From assembly GCF_009914755.1 (NCBI RefSeq), contig NC_060925.1: 64,000 nucleotides of DNA; one strand, given 5' to 3'. The stretch comes from the human T2T-CHM13v2.0 reference genome, Homo sapiens. Below, one piece after another: positions 46,571-64,000 of this stretch (its first letter is position 1; every line of letters begins with the position of its first letter). The notes under the pieces were generated by a model. It worked only from the letters and a program-made list of their open reading frames with translations. It did not search any database and was not told where the DNA came from. A program made the translations under genes and the position numbers.

Positions 46571-49143
46571 TTTTTAAAAGAATTTTAAAAAAGTTTTTAC
46601 ATTTTGTACTTAATGAATTTGATTTAAGCATAGTGATTTGGTATAAATCATTGTAAGTCCTAAATGTAGGGAGGGCTGAATCAGTGACATTTTACTATAT
46701 ATAGATTGTGTTTTATGAGATGGAGTTAAAGCTTGTGGAGTGTACTTGGATTATGTCTGAGTTTATATTGCAGCCTTGGTCTAGGACTATATGCTCTCTG
46801 AAAGAAAGGTGAAGATATTATATTAACAGCTTATGCTAAATATAGAGAAGGGAGGAAGTAGCTTACTGCTAGTTCTTTGCCCTGAGCAGAAGTCCTTGGA
46901 AAGCTACTGAGGGCAAAGAGTGAAGCCTTCAGAAAGGTTGTTTACCAGGAATATTATAAGATTATAATGCAGAAATACCTTCACTCTACCTTATACCCTG
47001 AAGAAATATTTGCATATTCTTTTTAAGTCTAAAGGGCTTCCTTACCTGCAATGTGTAAGGAATAACATCTGTTTTCAGAAAATTCTCTAAACATTTTATT
47101 TATAGTAACATAAATCAGTCATGGTAATTTCTTATAATGTGGTTCTGTTACTCTGTTAGGCCACATCTGTTTTGGCTTTGCTTGCCTTGGAAGCCAACAA
47201 AAGAATTCAGTAGCAAATTCTTTTTTCCTATAGATTTATATTTTTGGCCTTGCTTTAGTTTCTTTCCTGAATTTTCTAACAGGCATTTTTTTTTCTTTCT
47301 TTCCTTTCATTGACTTACTCAAAAGTTGAATGATGTGTAATATTCTTCCTTTCTGAAACTCTTAGCCTTGGTAATCAATGGGCAGGTATTTTTGAAGTTC
47401 TATATTTTCCCTCATGAATTGAGATTTAGCTTTAGCTTCTTCTAATTACCTCCTGTCATTCTTCTTTCTCTTTTCTTCCCCAGAATATGTTAAAGATATA
47501 TTTTACATTTTGGCTTTCCCTGGAGAAGGAAGGTTAATATTCAATAAAACCTCTTTTAATAAGATTCTTGCAGAGGTCAAGTTTACCAAATTTCAGGATT
47601 AGTTGAGTCTGAGACTCTTCCAGCCCCAAATAAAATTTTGGTAACCTACCACCTCCTAATCTGATTTTCTTCCTGTTTTCTCTATGTTATAAAACAGCAC
47701 TTCATTTACCCAATTAGCCAAATTTGAAGCCTTCTGTTTCCCTAAGTCTACATTCCCTACATTCCTCTCTGTATCTGATGAGTTACCATGTCCATTGGAT
47801 TCCATCTTTTCTTTATCTCCTGTCAATGACATGACCCAGGTTCATTCTTTCTATAGCTTTTTAAGCTTCCTGTTCTCCCTTTTTCTGGATTCTTTTCTGC
47901 CAAAGCAACCTCCTTATTGACATTTGAGTGAATTCTCTAAAACCATCCTATTTCTAACATTTTTGTAGTCCTTTCGGTATTATATTAATGTATCTTAAAG
48001 ATTAAAAACTCAAATCCTGATTTTTCTAGATTTCAAAATTAAGAAATAATGACCTAAGATTAGGCCTTCTCTGAAGCCTAGAGTTAAAATAGGAAATATT
48101 TACTGTAGGAGCTACATTTTTTAGGATATATTTACAGATAAATTTGGTGAGGCTTTCCATTGACTAGTAATAATTTAACTAAGAAGCATGTGATTTTAGA
48201 ATGAACTGAAAAGAACCCATTAATCTACATTTGGTTTTCATTGTCTGCTTTGAGTGAATCACTGATACCTGGTTGCCCACTACAGTGCTGACTTTGTTCC
48301 AGAGACTCACAGCATTGCCTCATATTGTCGAAGTGGAAGTTGTGGGGGAGGAACACTTGTGTAAATATTTGCCTGCATTTTATCTGACAGTTTTGGAGAC
48401 TTCAGCTAAAACTATTCATAAATTGTTGAAAGATCCAATTGTGGCAGCTTTAAAAGGATCATTAAGCAAAAATAAAGATTTCTTAGGAAATCTAATTTTA
48501 GTCTCTAAATATAATAATGGAACCCTGCACTGAATAATAAATTAGTGGATCATCATTCCTCATTCAGCAAATATTTATTGAGCACCTATATGGGTGGCAT
48601 TATTCTAGGGGCTTGGGATACATCAATATATAAAACAGATAAAGATCCCTGCCTTTGTAGAGCTTATATTTCAGAAGCAGGAGGGAGAAATAAACATGAA
48701 TAAGTATACAATCATGTGTTGCTTAATGATGGTGATCGGTTCTGGGAAATGCGTCATTAGACAGTTTCATCATTGTGCCAACATCACAGTGTGTACTTAC
48801 ACAAACCTAGATGGGATAGCCTAATGTACACCTAAGCTACATGAGATAGCCTATTGTTCCTAGGCTACAAGCCTGTAGAGTATTACTGAAGTAAATACTG
48901 TAGATAGTTGTAACACAATGATAAGTATCTGTGTATTTAAACATAGAAAAGATACAGTAAAAATATAGCATAAAAGATAAAAAATGGTATGCCTGTATAG
49001 GGCACTTACCATGAACGGAGCTTGCAGGATTGGAAGTTGCTCTGGGTGAGTCAGTAAGTGAGTGGTGAGTGAATGTGAAGGCCTTGGACATTACTGTGTA
49101 CCACTGTAGATTTTATAAACACTGTACACTTAGGTTACACTAG

Positions 49144-49512
<369 letters not shown>

Positions 49513-49952
49513 ATTAGCTTGCTGTAACTTTTTTTACTGGATAAGCTTTTTAATTTTTTTAACTTCATGTCTCTTTTGTAATAATACTTAGCTTAAAACA
49601 CAAACATATTGTATAGTTATAAAAATATTTTCTTTATATCCTTATTCTCTAAGCTTTTTTCTATTTAAGATTTTTTTTTATGTTTTAAAGTTTGTTTTTT
49701 TTTAAATGAAGATACAAACACACACATGATCCTAGGCCTACACAGGGTCAGGAACTTTAATATCACTGTCTTCTGCCTCCACATCTTGTCCCGCTGGAAG
49801 GTTTTCAGGGGCAATAACAGGCATAGAGCTATCATCTCCTATGATAACAATACCTTCTTCTGGAATACCTCCTGAAGGACCTGCCTGAGGCTGTTTTACA
49901 GCTTTAAAAAATAAATAAATAGAAGGCATACACTCTAAAATAAAGATAAAAA

Positions 49953-50260
49953 GGCTGAGTGCAGTGGCTCACACTTACAATCCCAGCACTTTGGGAGGCC
50001 AGGCAGGAGGATTGCTTGAGTCCACGAGTTTGAGATCAGCCTGGGCAACATAGCGAGACCCTGTGTCTACAAATAATTTTTAAATATTAGCCAGGCGTGG
50101 TAGCATGCACCTTGTATTCTCAGCTACTAAGAAGGCTGAGGTGAGAGAATCGCTTGAGCCTGGGAGGTCAGGGCTGCTGCAGTGAGCTCTGATTGTGCCA
50201 CTGCACTCTAACCTGGGCAACAGAGTAAGACCTCGTCTGAAATAAATAAGTATAAAGTAA
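49953..50260 (+). mobile_element. Alu (AluJ-like)
   Basis: Sense dimer within Tigger3. Confidence 0.9.
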
Positions 50261-50502
50261 AATAATGTTAAAAAGTATAGTATAGTAAATACATAAACCA
50301 GTCACATTGTCATTTATTATCATTATCAAGCATTATAACCATACATGTCTGTACATGCCATACTTTTTTATGACTGGCAGAGCAGTAGATTTGTTTACAC
50401 CAGCATTGCCACAAACGCCCTGCAAAGTTAGGACAGCATCAGGGTGGCTATGTCACTAGGTGATAGGAATTACAATCTTACAGGACCACTGTCATATATG
50501 CA

Positions 50503-50753
50503 ATCCCTCCCTCCCTCCTTTTCTTCCTTTTCCTTTCTCTCTCTCCTTCCTTCCTTCCTTCCTTGCCCTCCCTCCCTCCCTTCCTTTCTTTCTTCTTTTT
50601 TTTTTTTTTTCCAGGTTCTTGCTATGTCACTCAGGCTGGAGTACAGTGGCATGATCATGGCTCACTGCAGCCTTGATCTCCTGGGCTTAGCAATCCTCCT
50701 ACCTTACCCTCCCAAAGTGATGGGATTACAGGAGTGAGCCACTGCACCCCGCC
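50503..50753 (-). mobile_element. Alu monomer/recombinant (AluJ-like) with (CCTT)n tail
   Basis: CT-rich tract followed by caggctggagtacagtggc...gagccactgcacccc. TSD tgcaatc / tgcagtc. Confidence 0.85.
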
Positions 50754-51023
50754 TGCAGTCTGTCTTTGACTAAATGTCATTGCAGTCCATGACTGTATAT
50801 GTTAGAAGGGATAAGTACAATAGAGAAAAGAAAAAGATAGTGCAGGATAATGGGAATTGAGAATGCTCGGTTAGGGGGCCAGGTTTTAGTCTATGCTGTT
50901 TAGAAGAGTTCATTGAGAAGATAGCATCTGAAAAGGTGACAAATTATCACTTGTCCTATAATTATGACTACCAATTAGTTGCTAAGAAAATGTCAGGCTC
51001 TGAAAATTAAGAAAATATGGATC

Positions 51024-51340
51024 AGCCTGAGTGTGATGGCTCACCCCTGTAATTCCAACACTTTGAGAGGTAGGAGGATAGGTTGAGCCCAGGATGTCAA
51101 GACCAGCCTGGGTAACATACCGAGACCCTGTTTCTACAAAAAATAAAAAAAATTAGCCTGGCATGGCACTTAGCTGTGGTCTCAGCCACTTAGGAGGCTG
51201 AAGCAGGAGGGTCGCTTGAGCCCAGGAGGTCAAGGCTGCTGCGAGCCATGTTAGTATCACTGCATTCCAGCCTGGGCAACAGAATCTTTTTTAAGACTGT
51301 CTTTAAAAAAAAAAAAAGAGAGAGAGAGAGAAAAGAAAAG
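51024..51340 (+). mobile_element. Alu (AluJ-like)
   Basis: TSD aagaaaatatggatcag / aagaaaatatagatcag. Confidence 0.9.
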
Positions 51341-51977
51341 AAGAAAATATAGATCAGATTTTATCCCAAACCTCAGGGATAGCTGAGCGAGGGAAGGGAA
51401 AAAAATGTAAACAAATTAGAGCATTATAGTGTTGTAGATGCTTTGACAGAAGCATATAGGAGGCGTAGTAAGGCACACAGATCTTTCTAATGTGATCTCA
51501 CCTCTGTTCTTAATATGATAGCAGTTTATTTAAATAATGACTCAGACTTCGTGGATATCAAAGCATAGGCTTAGATTACTTTAATCTCAGTCATGTGAAT
51601 TGGTCATTCTCTCTCCTCACCTCTTTTTACCTTTTTAAAAAATACCATCTTAGGTTGAATTAATGTGAGCTGATTTTAATTCTAAAAAATATATATACCA
51701 TCTGACTACTCAGCATGTCCCAACTTGTTCCAAACTATAGTCAGTTGCATTTTGAACCATCTGATTATCTAAGTGGAATATTTGTATTCAGCATCCATGC
51801 TGCTATTCGTAGTGTAACTACCCACAGATACATAATGAGCAAGACACTAAAATGTGCAAGGCATTTTGGAAAATGCCAGAGATACAGCCATGAATAAGGC
51901 TGTCAAGCTTCTGCTTTCTAGGAGCTTACATTCTGTTGGAGGAAGCAATCAAGTAAGATATCACATGTATTATATAC

Positions 51978-53333
51978 CAGCAGTTCCCAGACTTTTTGGT
52001 CTGAGGATCCTTGTACACTTTTTAATGTTATTTAAGGACTTTAAACAGCTTTTCTTTATGTGGGTTATATTTATTAATTTGCCAGTTTAGAAATTAAAAC
52101 TGAGGGATTTTGAAAACATGTACTTATTTATTTAAAAATAGCCACAAGAAACCCATTATACTAACATTAATGAGAAAATAATAATTTTCCCAAACAAATA
52201 GTGAGAAGAATGGCATCATGTTAGATTTTTGCAATTCTCTTTAACGTCTGACTTAATAGAAGACAGCTGGATTCTCATATCTGCTTATGCATTCAATCTA
52301 TTATGATGAGTTGTTCGGATTGAAGTATATGAAAATGTAGCCTCAACAGATACGTGGTTAGAAAAGGGAGGAATATTTTAATAGCCTTTTTAGATAACTG
52401 CGAATATTCTTTGATACTCACCAAAATTTAAGTGATAGTTACTTAAAGTTTAGTTGCAATGTGAAATCTGAAATTGTATTAATGACGTTATATGAAAATA
52501 TTTTTATTACATTAAAATCCATTGGTTTGTGTGGCACTTTGAATAGATCTTTTATGCTTTGTATGAGTTTGTAACATCATGCGTTGGTTATTTGAAAATC
52601 AAATCGGTTTACTGAATTATATGGATCTTCCAAATATTGACACATTTCATTTTATGACATAAAAAAATTACATTTGTTGATATTGCTCCAAACTAATCAG
52701 AAAAGGCTTTAAGTTTTCAGAATCTGTCAAGGTCGTGGTGGCTGGTGAATACATGTTTTCCAAAATTCTAATGTTTGCCTACAAGCTTGAATTTTATAAT
52801 TGGCAATAAATGTTGTCAATTTTTCCTGAAATGACAAACTCACTTCATTCATTTTCGGGGAAATGTTTGCCAAACACCCGAGAGTGAATAATTTAGTTTG
52901 TCATTTGTTCTTTGTAGTAAAAATGATATTCTGTTAACAAAGTGCCCATTAGTTCCCAACTCAGACATTTGCACAAATGCTTTTCCTTGAGATAACCGTT
53001 ATACTTTAGTGTGTAGCAGAAGTACTTTATATGTGCTTCCCATTTGTCACAGAGACTATGTATTAAATATTTACTCGAGGGTCAAAATTTGATGATGTTT
53101 ACTGCTTTTCTTCAAGGGCATTCTTAAAAGAAATAGTAATGTTTTATTTTTCCCTGCAAGCATGTAGTGGTAAAGAATTTAGTGACTACCAGTTCTGATT
53201 GGTGCCATTGCCTTGATTTGTGCTCGTGTGCCAGCAGTTTTACCACCATTGTTCTTACAGCATCATTGCAAACATGACAAACGCAGATTATGTTTCAGTA
53301 TTAGTACGAAAATAGTTTTGCACTGAGGACCCC
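51978..53333. mobile_element. Charlie1a-like hAT DNA transposon
   Basis: cagcagttcccagactttttggtctgaggatcc...tttatgtgggttatat...agaaattaaaactgag...gacttaatagaagacagctggattctc...gaaaatagttttg. Confidence 0.85.
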
Positions 53334-53589
53334 AATCTCGTTGGATTCCCAGTGTTATTACATACCTTATTTCCCCTGATTTTCACAGTGGAACCATGAG
53401 GTAGTTGGTGATATTAACCCCTTTTGGACCCAAGTTTCCTGACCAGAGTTTCTGTCGTTCATTCTTTCTGTTTGCTATAATATCTCCAAACTGTGGAAAA
53501 GTTTATATTGTTATTCCTTAAGAAGAACTTTGTTCAGCGAAAACAGAATGGGATGGGGTGAGTTTATTTAACGGAACTAGGGGTGTCTG

Positions 53590-53795
53590 AAGCCTAGAGA
53601 TTCCATTCTCATTGCTGCTTTTTAGGTGCTATGTCGTTGTGAAATACTAAACTTTTCTGTTTCCTTATTCTAGAAAATAAGGATAATAATAATACCTATC
53701 TCATGTAGTTGTTGTGAAAATTTAGTTAATACATGTTATATGCTTAGAACCGTGCTGACACAAATTAAATGCTCAATAGGTTTAGCTTTTATTAT
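53590..53795 (+). mobile_element. MIR
   Basis: aaaataaggataataataatacctatctcatgtagttgttgtgaaaattt...aatgctcaata. Confidence 0.8.
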
Positions 53796-54190
53796 TTACA
53801 GTTAGAGATGGGGCTCAGGCATTCCAGCTGAGGGAACAACTTGAGCAAAAGCAGAGAATCGTGTCATGTGAACAGTACATACAATCTAACAGAATGTAGT
53901 GGTTCATGGAAGAGTATGTGGGAAAGTAAAACCGGGAAGGTAGATTTGGACGCTGATTATTGCTGGACTAGAGCTCTAAACTGTTGATCCAATTTGTGTC
54001 CCTAATGCCTAAGACAATGACTGGTACATGGTGTATGTATTTATATATTGCCTGAGCATTGGAATATTTGAATAAATTTAAGGAAGGAGAGAGCAGCTGC
54101 TCTCACCATGAGCAACATAGGTGGAGAAAGTGACATTGTAGCGTAGCCCAGAAGAGTGAATAGAATTCTAGTAAGCAAAGATATTAGAGG

Positions 54191-54773
54191 TGTGAGACAA
54201 AGCAGCAAATTTAAGAAAATGAGAATGTTTGATGTTTGCTTGTTCTACTTGCCAGAATTTCACAAAATCCCTTGCCAACAAAATTTCACAAAGGCCCTGA
54301 CTCAGTGACTGAGCACAGTCCTCTAAAAACAACAACAACAACAACAACAAAAAGCCCTAAAGACAATAAATAAGATAGAACACAGTTTCCCACATCTCCA
54401 GCTTAAATCACTGCATTTTTAGAAAAGGCAAGTTCAGTGATTCTAGTCGTTGCCTCTTTCTGCACGTAAGATAATGTCCAACAAGATTAGTGATTATGCC
54501 TCCGTAATATATAACCAGATATGCCCTTACACCCAAACTTTAATGAGATTTTGCTCTACTATAACTTACAAGCACATACAAAACTGCCACCACCAATTTA
54601 TAAACTGTGTCTAAAACCCTACTTTGAAACAGTCTAACAAAAATTCTCTAAAAGACTCTCCTAGGTAACAGTCCTCAGTAAGACTTCTAAATAAAACTAA
54701 CTTTAATTCTTTAAAAGCTCCCCTGTCCCGTTTTTTTTTATTTTTTATTTTTATCTTTTTTGCTTAGTTGACA
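54191..54773 (+). mobile_element. ERV1-class solo LTR (subfamily not assigned)
   Basis: TG...CA termini (tgtgagac...agttgaca), 4-bp TSD gagg (54187-54190 and 54774-54777), TATA-like tttataaa near 54600 and AATAAA near 54689. Confidence 0.8.
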
Positions 54774-54809
54774 GAGGCTGATAGAATGGGTGAAGATAGT
54801 TGGGATATA

Positions 54810-55124
54810 GGCTCATGCCTATAATCCCAGCTGCTTGGGAGGCTTAGGCAGGAGGATCCCTTGAGGCCAAGAGTTCAAGACCAGCTGAGCAACATAGCAA
54901 GACCCAGCCCCACACCCATCTCTAAAAGAATAAAAAATTAGCTGGGCGTAGTGGCTTGTGCCTGTGGTCCTAACTACTTGGGAGATTGAAGCAGGAGGAT
55001 CGCCTGAGCTGAGGAATTTGAGGTTGTAATAAGCTATGATCATGCCACTGCTCTCCAGCCTGGGCAACAGAGTGAGACCGTATTTCTCAAAAAAAGAAAA
55101 AAAAAAGAAAGAAAAAAGAAAAAA
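54810..55124 (+). mobile_element. Alu (AluJ-like), slightly 5'-truncated
   Basis: ggctcatgcctataatcccagc...A-rich tail. Confidence 0.9.
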
Positions 55125-55894
55125 GCGTGAAGATAATACCTCACCAAACGATATACTACCCACCCAAGTTATTGTACTTTTCAGGAGACTTAATTACTTG
55201 AGATCATGAATTGTTTTATCCTTGCTCATATACCAAACATAGTACCCCGTGCATATTGGGGCTCAGTAGCTACCTGAGCAGTGTCTCAGCAGTTAATCTT
55301 GTAAATGTGGTTTTTGTGTAATGTTTTTATTTCACAATAACTTTCAGAGAAAAGGAGGCCTTCCTGATTATAGGGGTTACTTTTTTTTTTTTTTTTTTTT
55401 TTTACTTAAATTGCAGAACAGGCAAATAACCACTTTATTTTGTATACAGGCAGTAATATATTCACAGTTGTTTGTGTCTTAAAGGAGAAGATATGACTTT
55501 AGGAGGACAGATTCCTAAGCAGTGGATCAGGAATGGTAAGGTATAGGAGTTTTAGAAAGTTGTCCTAAAAGCTACTTCTTGTAGTTTAGGTTGTGTGAGT
55601 TACGCTGGAAGAGTGAAATCTTTTGAATAACTTCATATTCTTATTCAAATGTGTATAATATAGAAAATGTGATTAGATATGTAATAAATGAGCAAAGATG
55701 ATAAAATCCTGAAAATGTATTCTACATACTAGATAAATACTGTTTTCCTCTGTGCACCTTATATTGTTTCCATATAAACCAGGCATTATTGAGAATTAGG
55801 AGTTACCAGTAATCTCCTCTCTACTAATTTTCTCTGGCAAATTGTTCTCTGGATTAGTAGAACTAGTTTTCTCTGTTGGATTGATAGAACATGT

Positions 55895-56160
55895 GATAAT
55901 AATAACATATTGGTATTTTCATGTATGTCAGGCATCGTGGTAAATATTGTACAGATTATCTCATTTAAATCTCACAACCTTATAAGGCCGAGGTACTGTT
56001 ACCATCCCCATAGGTAATATTATCATCCTTAGATTATAGATGAGAAAAGTAAAGCTTAGAGAATTTAAGTATCTTGCCCAAGGTCAGAATGAATAAGGTC
56101 AAAGCTAGGTATCAGACGAGGATTTGGACCCAAGAGTCAGCCCTCTTGGCCTTTACACTG
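55895..56160 (-). mobile_element. MIR
   Basis: tctcatttaaatctcacaacc...tagatgagaaaagtaaagcttagagaatttaagtatcttgcccaaggtca. Confidence 0.8.
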
Positions 56161-57424
56161 TGCAGCTTAAGAGATACTAAAAAGCAACAGCTTTGTGGGA
56201 CATTGGGGTGGCTTAGAGTAGTGTTTTCTGAACTGGATTGCAGTCCATTAATGGATTATAAAGGTCTATTTAGTGGGCCCAAATCAGCATTTTAAAAAAA
56301 TGAATTACAACAGACAGAAAAATATCAATGTGTATGGCATATAATAAGAGCAAGCACTCTTTTATGAAACGAATGTTCCAGTTTATATGTATATGTGTAT
56401 GTACACATATGTACACATATGTGTGCATATGTATGTATGAACTGGCTGAAGTTATCAAATGTACTTCTTATTGTGGGTCGCAGTCAAACAAAATTTGGAG
56501 CCCACTGGCTTAGAGGATGGAAAGCAAGCTGGAAAATATAATGAATAGCAGTGGTAGCTGCTAGAGAAGAAAGTCTAGAGATAAGCTGAATGTACAAATA
56601 ACATTATTTAAAAAAGGGAAGAGGAGTTAACTTTATATATTTGATAAAATACTGTAGTACTCAAAGTTGTTTTAACTAGCTCATTAAGTTAGACCCTTTG
56701 CAGGATTCACTCAGAATTAGTATAGCTTTAATTTTACTTCTAGAGAGTTGGCTCTGCAGGTGGTTTTGAATTGTGTATATCATTACTGTATTTTTATTTC
56801 TCATATGAACAATTTGTTGTGATTGAATAATAACCAGACATCTCTGGTGCTTCATAGACACAAAGCCCTTTTTTCTATTAGATCCATTAGAGTAGAGGTT
56901 TGTTTACTGACATGCTAGGAGAATGGGAGAAGGTAGATTAGATTGGTCAGAATAATATTGACTCTTGAATTTTCAGCTGGAAGGGAGAATTCAGTTCAAC
57001 TTCCAATTTTAAGGTGCAAAATGAATATTCATTTTTTTGAGACTATCATAAAACAGCACAAAAATACATATTCAGACAATGCAAGTGGCTTATTAAAGTC
57101 AACACTAGAAAGAAGTAGCAAAGCTACATGTATACATTAGTCCTGCTCCTGCTCCTGTATAGTAATTTTCCCTCTTTTTTTGTATAGTATACTAATTTGC
57201 CCTCGTTTGCTTAGTCTGTCTTTTTTACCTGGAATGTCTTCCCTGTCAGTGCCCCTCTCCTTCTCCACATACCCCCACTTTTTTCTTTCTCTCTCTCTCC
57301 CTCTCACCCAGACACACACATATACACTCACATACCTTTGCCTCTAATTTCTACTCAGTTTTAAAACTCAGCTTTAATTTCCTTGCCTCAGAAGCTTTCC
57401 CTGAGTTCGCCTTTACAAACACAA

Positions 57425-59568
<2,144 letters not shown>

Positions 59569-59569
59569 G

Positions 59570-62415
<2,846 letters not shown>

Positions 62416-62429
62416 TCAAAGTTACTTCA

Positions 62430-62779
62430 TGTTTTAGTTAGTTTGGGCTGCTATAACAAATTACCATAGATTACGTAGCTTAAACAGCAAACATTTATTT
62501 CCTCACAGTTCTGGAGGCTGGAAGTTTAGATCAGGATGCCAGCATGGTCAGGTTCTGGTGAAAGCTTTCTTCCAGGTTGCACAGTCAACTTCTTGTCCTT
62601 ATATCCTCATGTGTTGGAAGGAGAGTGAGACAGCTCTGAGGTGCCTCGTCACATTAAAGAGGGTTCTACCTTCATGACCTAATTATCTCCCGCAGGTCTC
62701 ACCTCCTAATACTATGACATTGAAGGTTAGGATTTCAACATAGGAATTTTGGGGCAACACAAACATTCACTCCATGGCA
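62430..62779 (-). mobile_element. MLT1A-type MaLR LTR
   Basis: tgttttagttagtttgggctgctataacaaa...cacagttctggaggctggaag...aacacaaacattcactccatggca. Confidence 0.85.
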
Positions 62780-63114
62780 CTGAGGTTCAATTATGTGAAA
62801 TATTATGGTTCTGAGAGGCTGAATATATGCAAAAAGATATATTCAGAGTGTTGCTACCTCCTTAATTCTTACTAATTTGTTCCTATTCTTCCTGGCTTCC
62901 CATCCTTTCTCACCTGTGGCTTGTAAGGTAACCAATTTATTTAGTTTTCTTTAGAAGCTTTATATTTCTTTTGCACAAATAAGAAAATACTTGTATGTTT
63001 TCTGATATTCCTTTTTTCTTATAGTAAAGACACACTTCACTTTTTAAAAATCTTTTATTTGATGGTATGTCTGAAAATCACTCCAAATCACTAAAGAAAT
63101 CTTCCTCATTCCTG

Positions 63115-63224
63115 TTTTTTTAAGAGATGGGGTCTCACTGTATTGTCCAGGTTGGTTTCGAACTCTTGGGCTCAAGTGAGCCTCCCATCTCCTGGGGCTG
63201 CAGGCGTGTGCTGCTGCAACTGGC
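63115..63224 (-). mobile_element. Alu monomer (FLAM-like)
   Basis: gagatggggtctcactgtattgtccagg...ctcaagtga. Confidence 0.75.
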
Positions 63225-63303
63225 TTTTATTCTTTTTGATACCTGCATAGTATTCCTTGATTTATTCAACCATTCTCCTCTGTATGAGTATTTAGGGTGT
63301 TTC

Positions 63304-63641
<338 letters not shown>

Positions 63642-64000
63642 CCAATATTTTAAAGTTACAAAAAATGCTATAGTAAATAACCTTGTTCCATATATATTTT
63701 TGTATTGTTAGATGTTGATCGATTTTTTTTCACATATTCAACCAACTTTGTATTTCTAAAATAAACACAACTTGGACATGATCTATTAATTTTTTAAGGT
63801 CATGGTCATTCATTCATTTCACATTTTATTCTTAGTACATTCCACTGGGAGAGGAAAGAGTCATGCATCAGTATATAGATTGTGCTATTCTGTTGTACTG
63901 TTTTTATATAGGATTTTTGCATGTCTGTTTATTCTGTTAGATTTGCCTATAATTTTTCTCTAATAACAGTCTTGTCAGATTGGTGTCAAAGTTATGCTGG

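Noticed and set aside
56383-56437. Palindromic purine-pyrimidine run as a functional hairpin or miRNA
   Set aside because: Low-complexity (TA/TG/CA)n sequence explains the self-complementarity.

Overview
Primate (very probably human) intronic DNA from OSBPL9 (oxysterol-binding protein-like 9, ORP9) on the + strand. Only two real coding exons are visible: 9916-9966 (SKDKMMRGSRRGCVRLR) and 27361-27439 ([26 protein letters not shown]+G). They splice in frame and encode part of the N-terminal PH domain; the flanking coding exons lie outside the window. The rest is repeat-rich intron: about 40 Alu/FAM/FLAM copies, old L1M and L2 fragments, MIRs, MaLR LTRs, an ERV1-type solo LTR, DNA transposon fossils (MER3, MER33, MER94, MER30, MER102, MER5A, MER44, MER2, Tigger3, Charlie1) and a 5'-truncated L1PA. 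Almost all ORFs in the supplied track are repeat-derived or chance ORFs. I found no evidence of a novel multi-gene system. The most unusual things seen directly are (1) a 210-bp, about 93% identical local inverted duplication that extends beyond a transposon boundary, (2) several templated-insertion or fold-back scars inside repeats, one of which destroys the L1 RT FADD motif, and (3) a repeat-poor stretch after exon 3 with clustered TGCATG motifs and a candidate frameshifting cassette exon. Repeat subfamily names come from recalled consensus sequences, and boundaries of old repeats are approximate.
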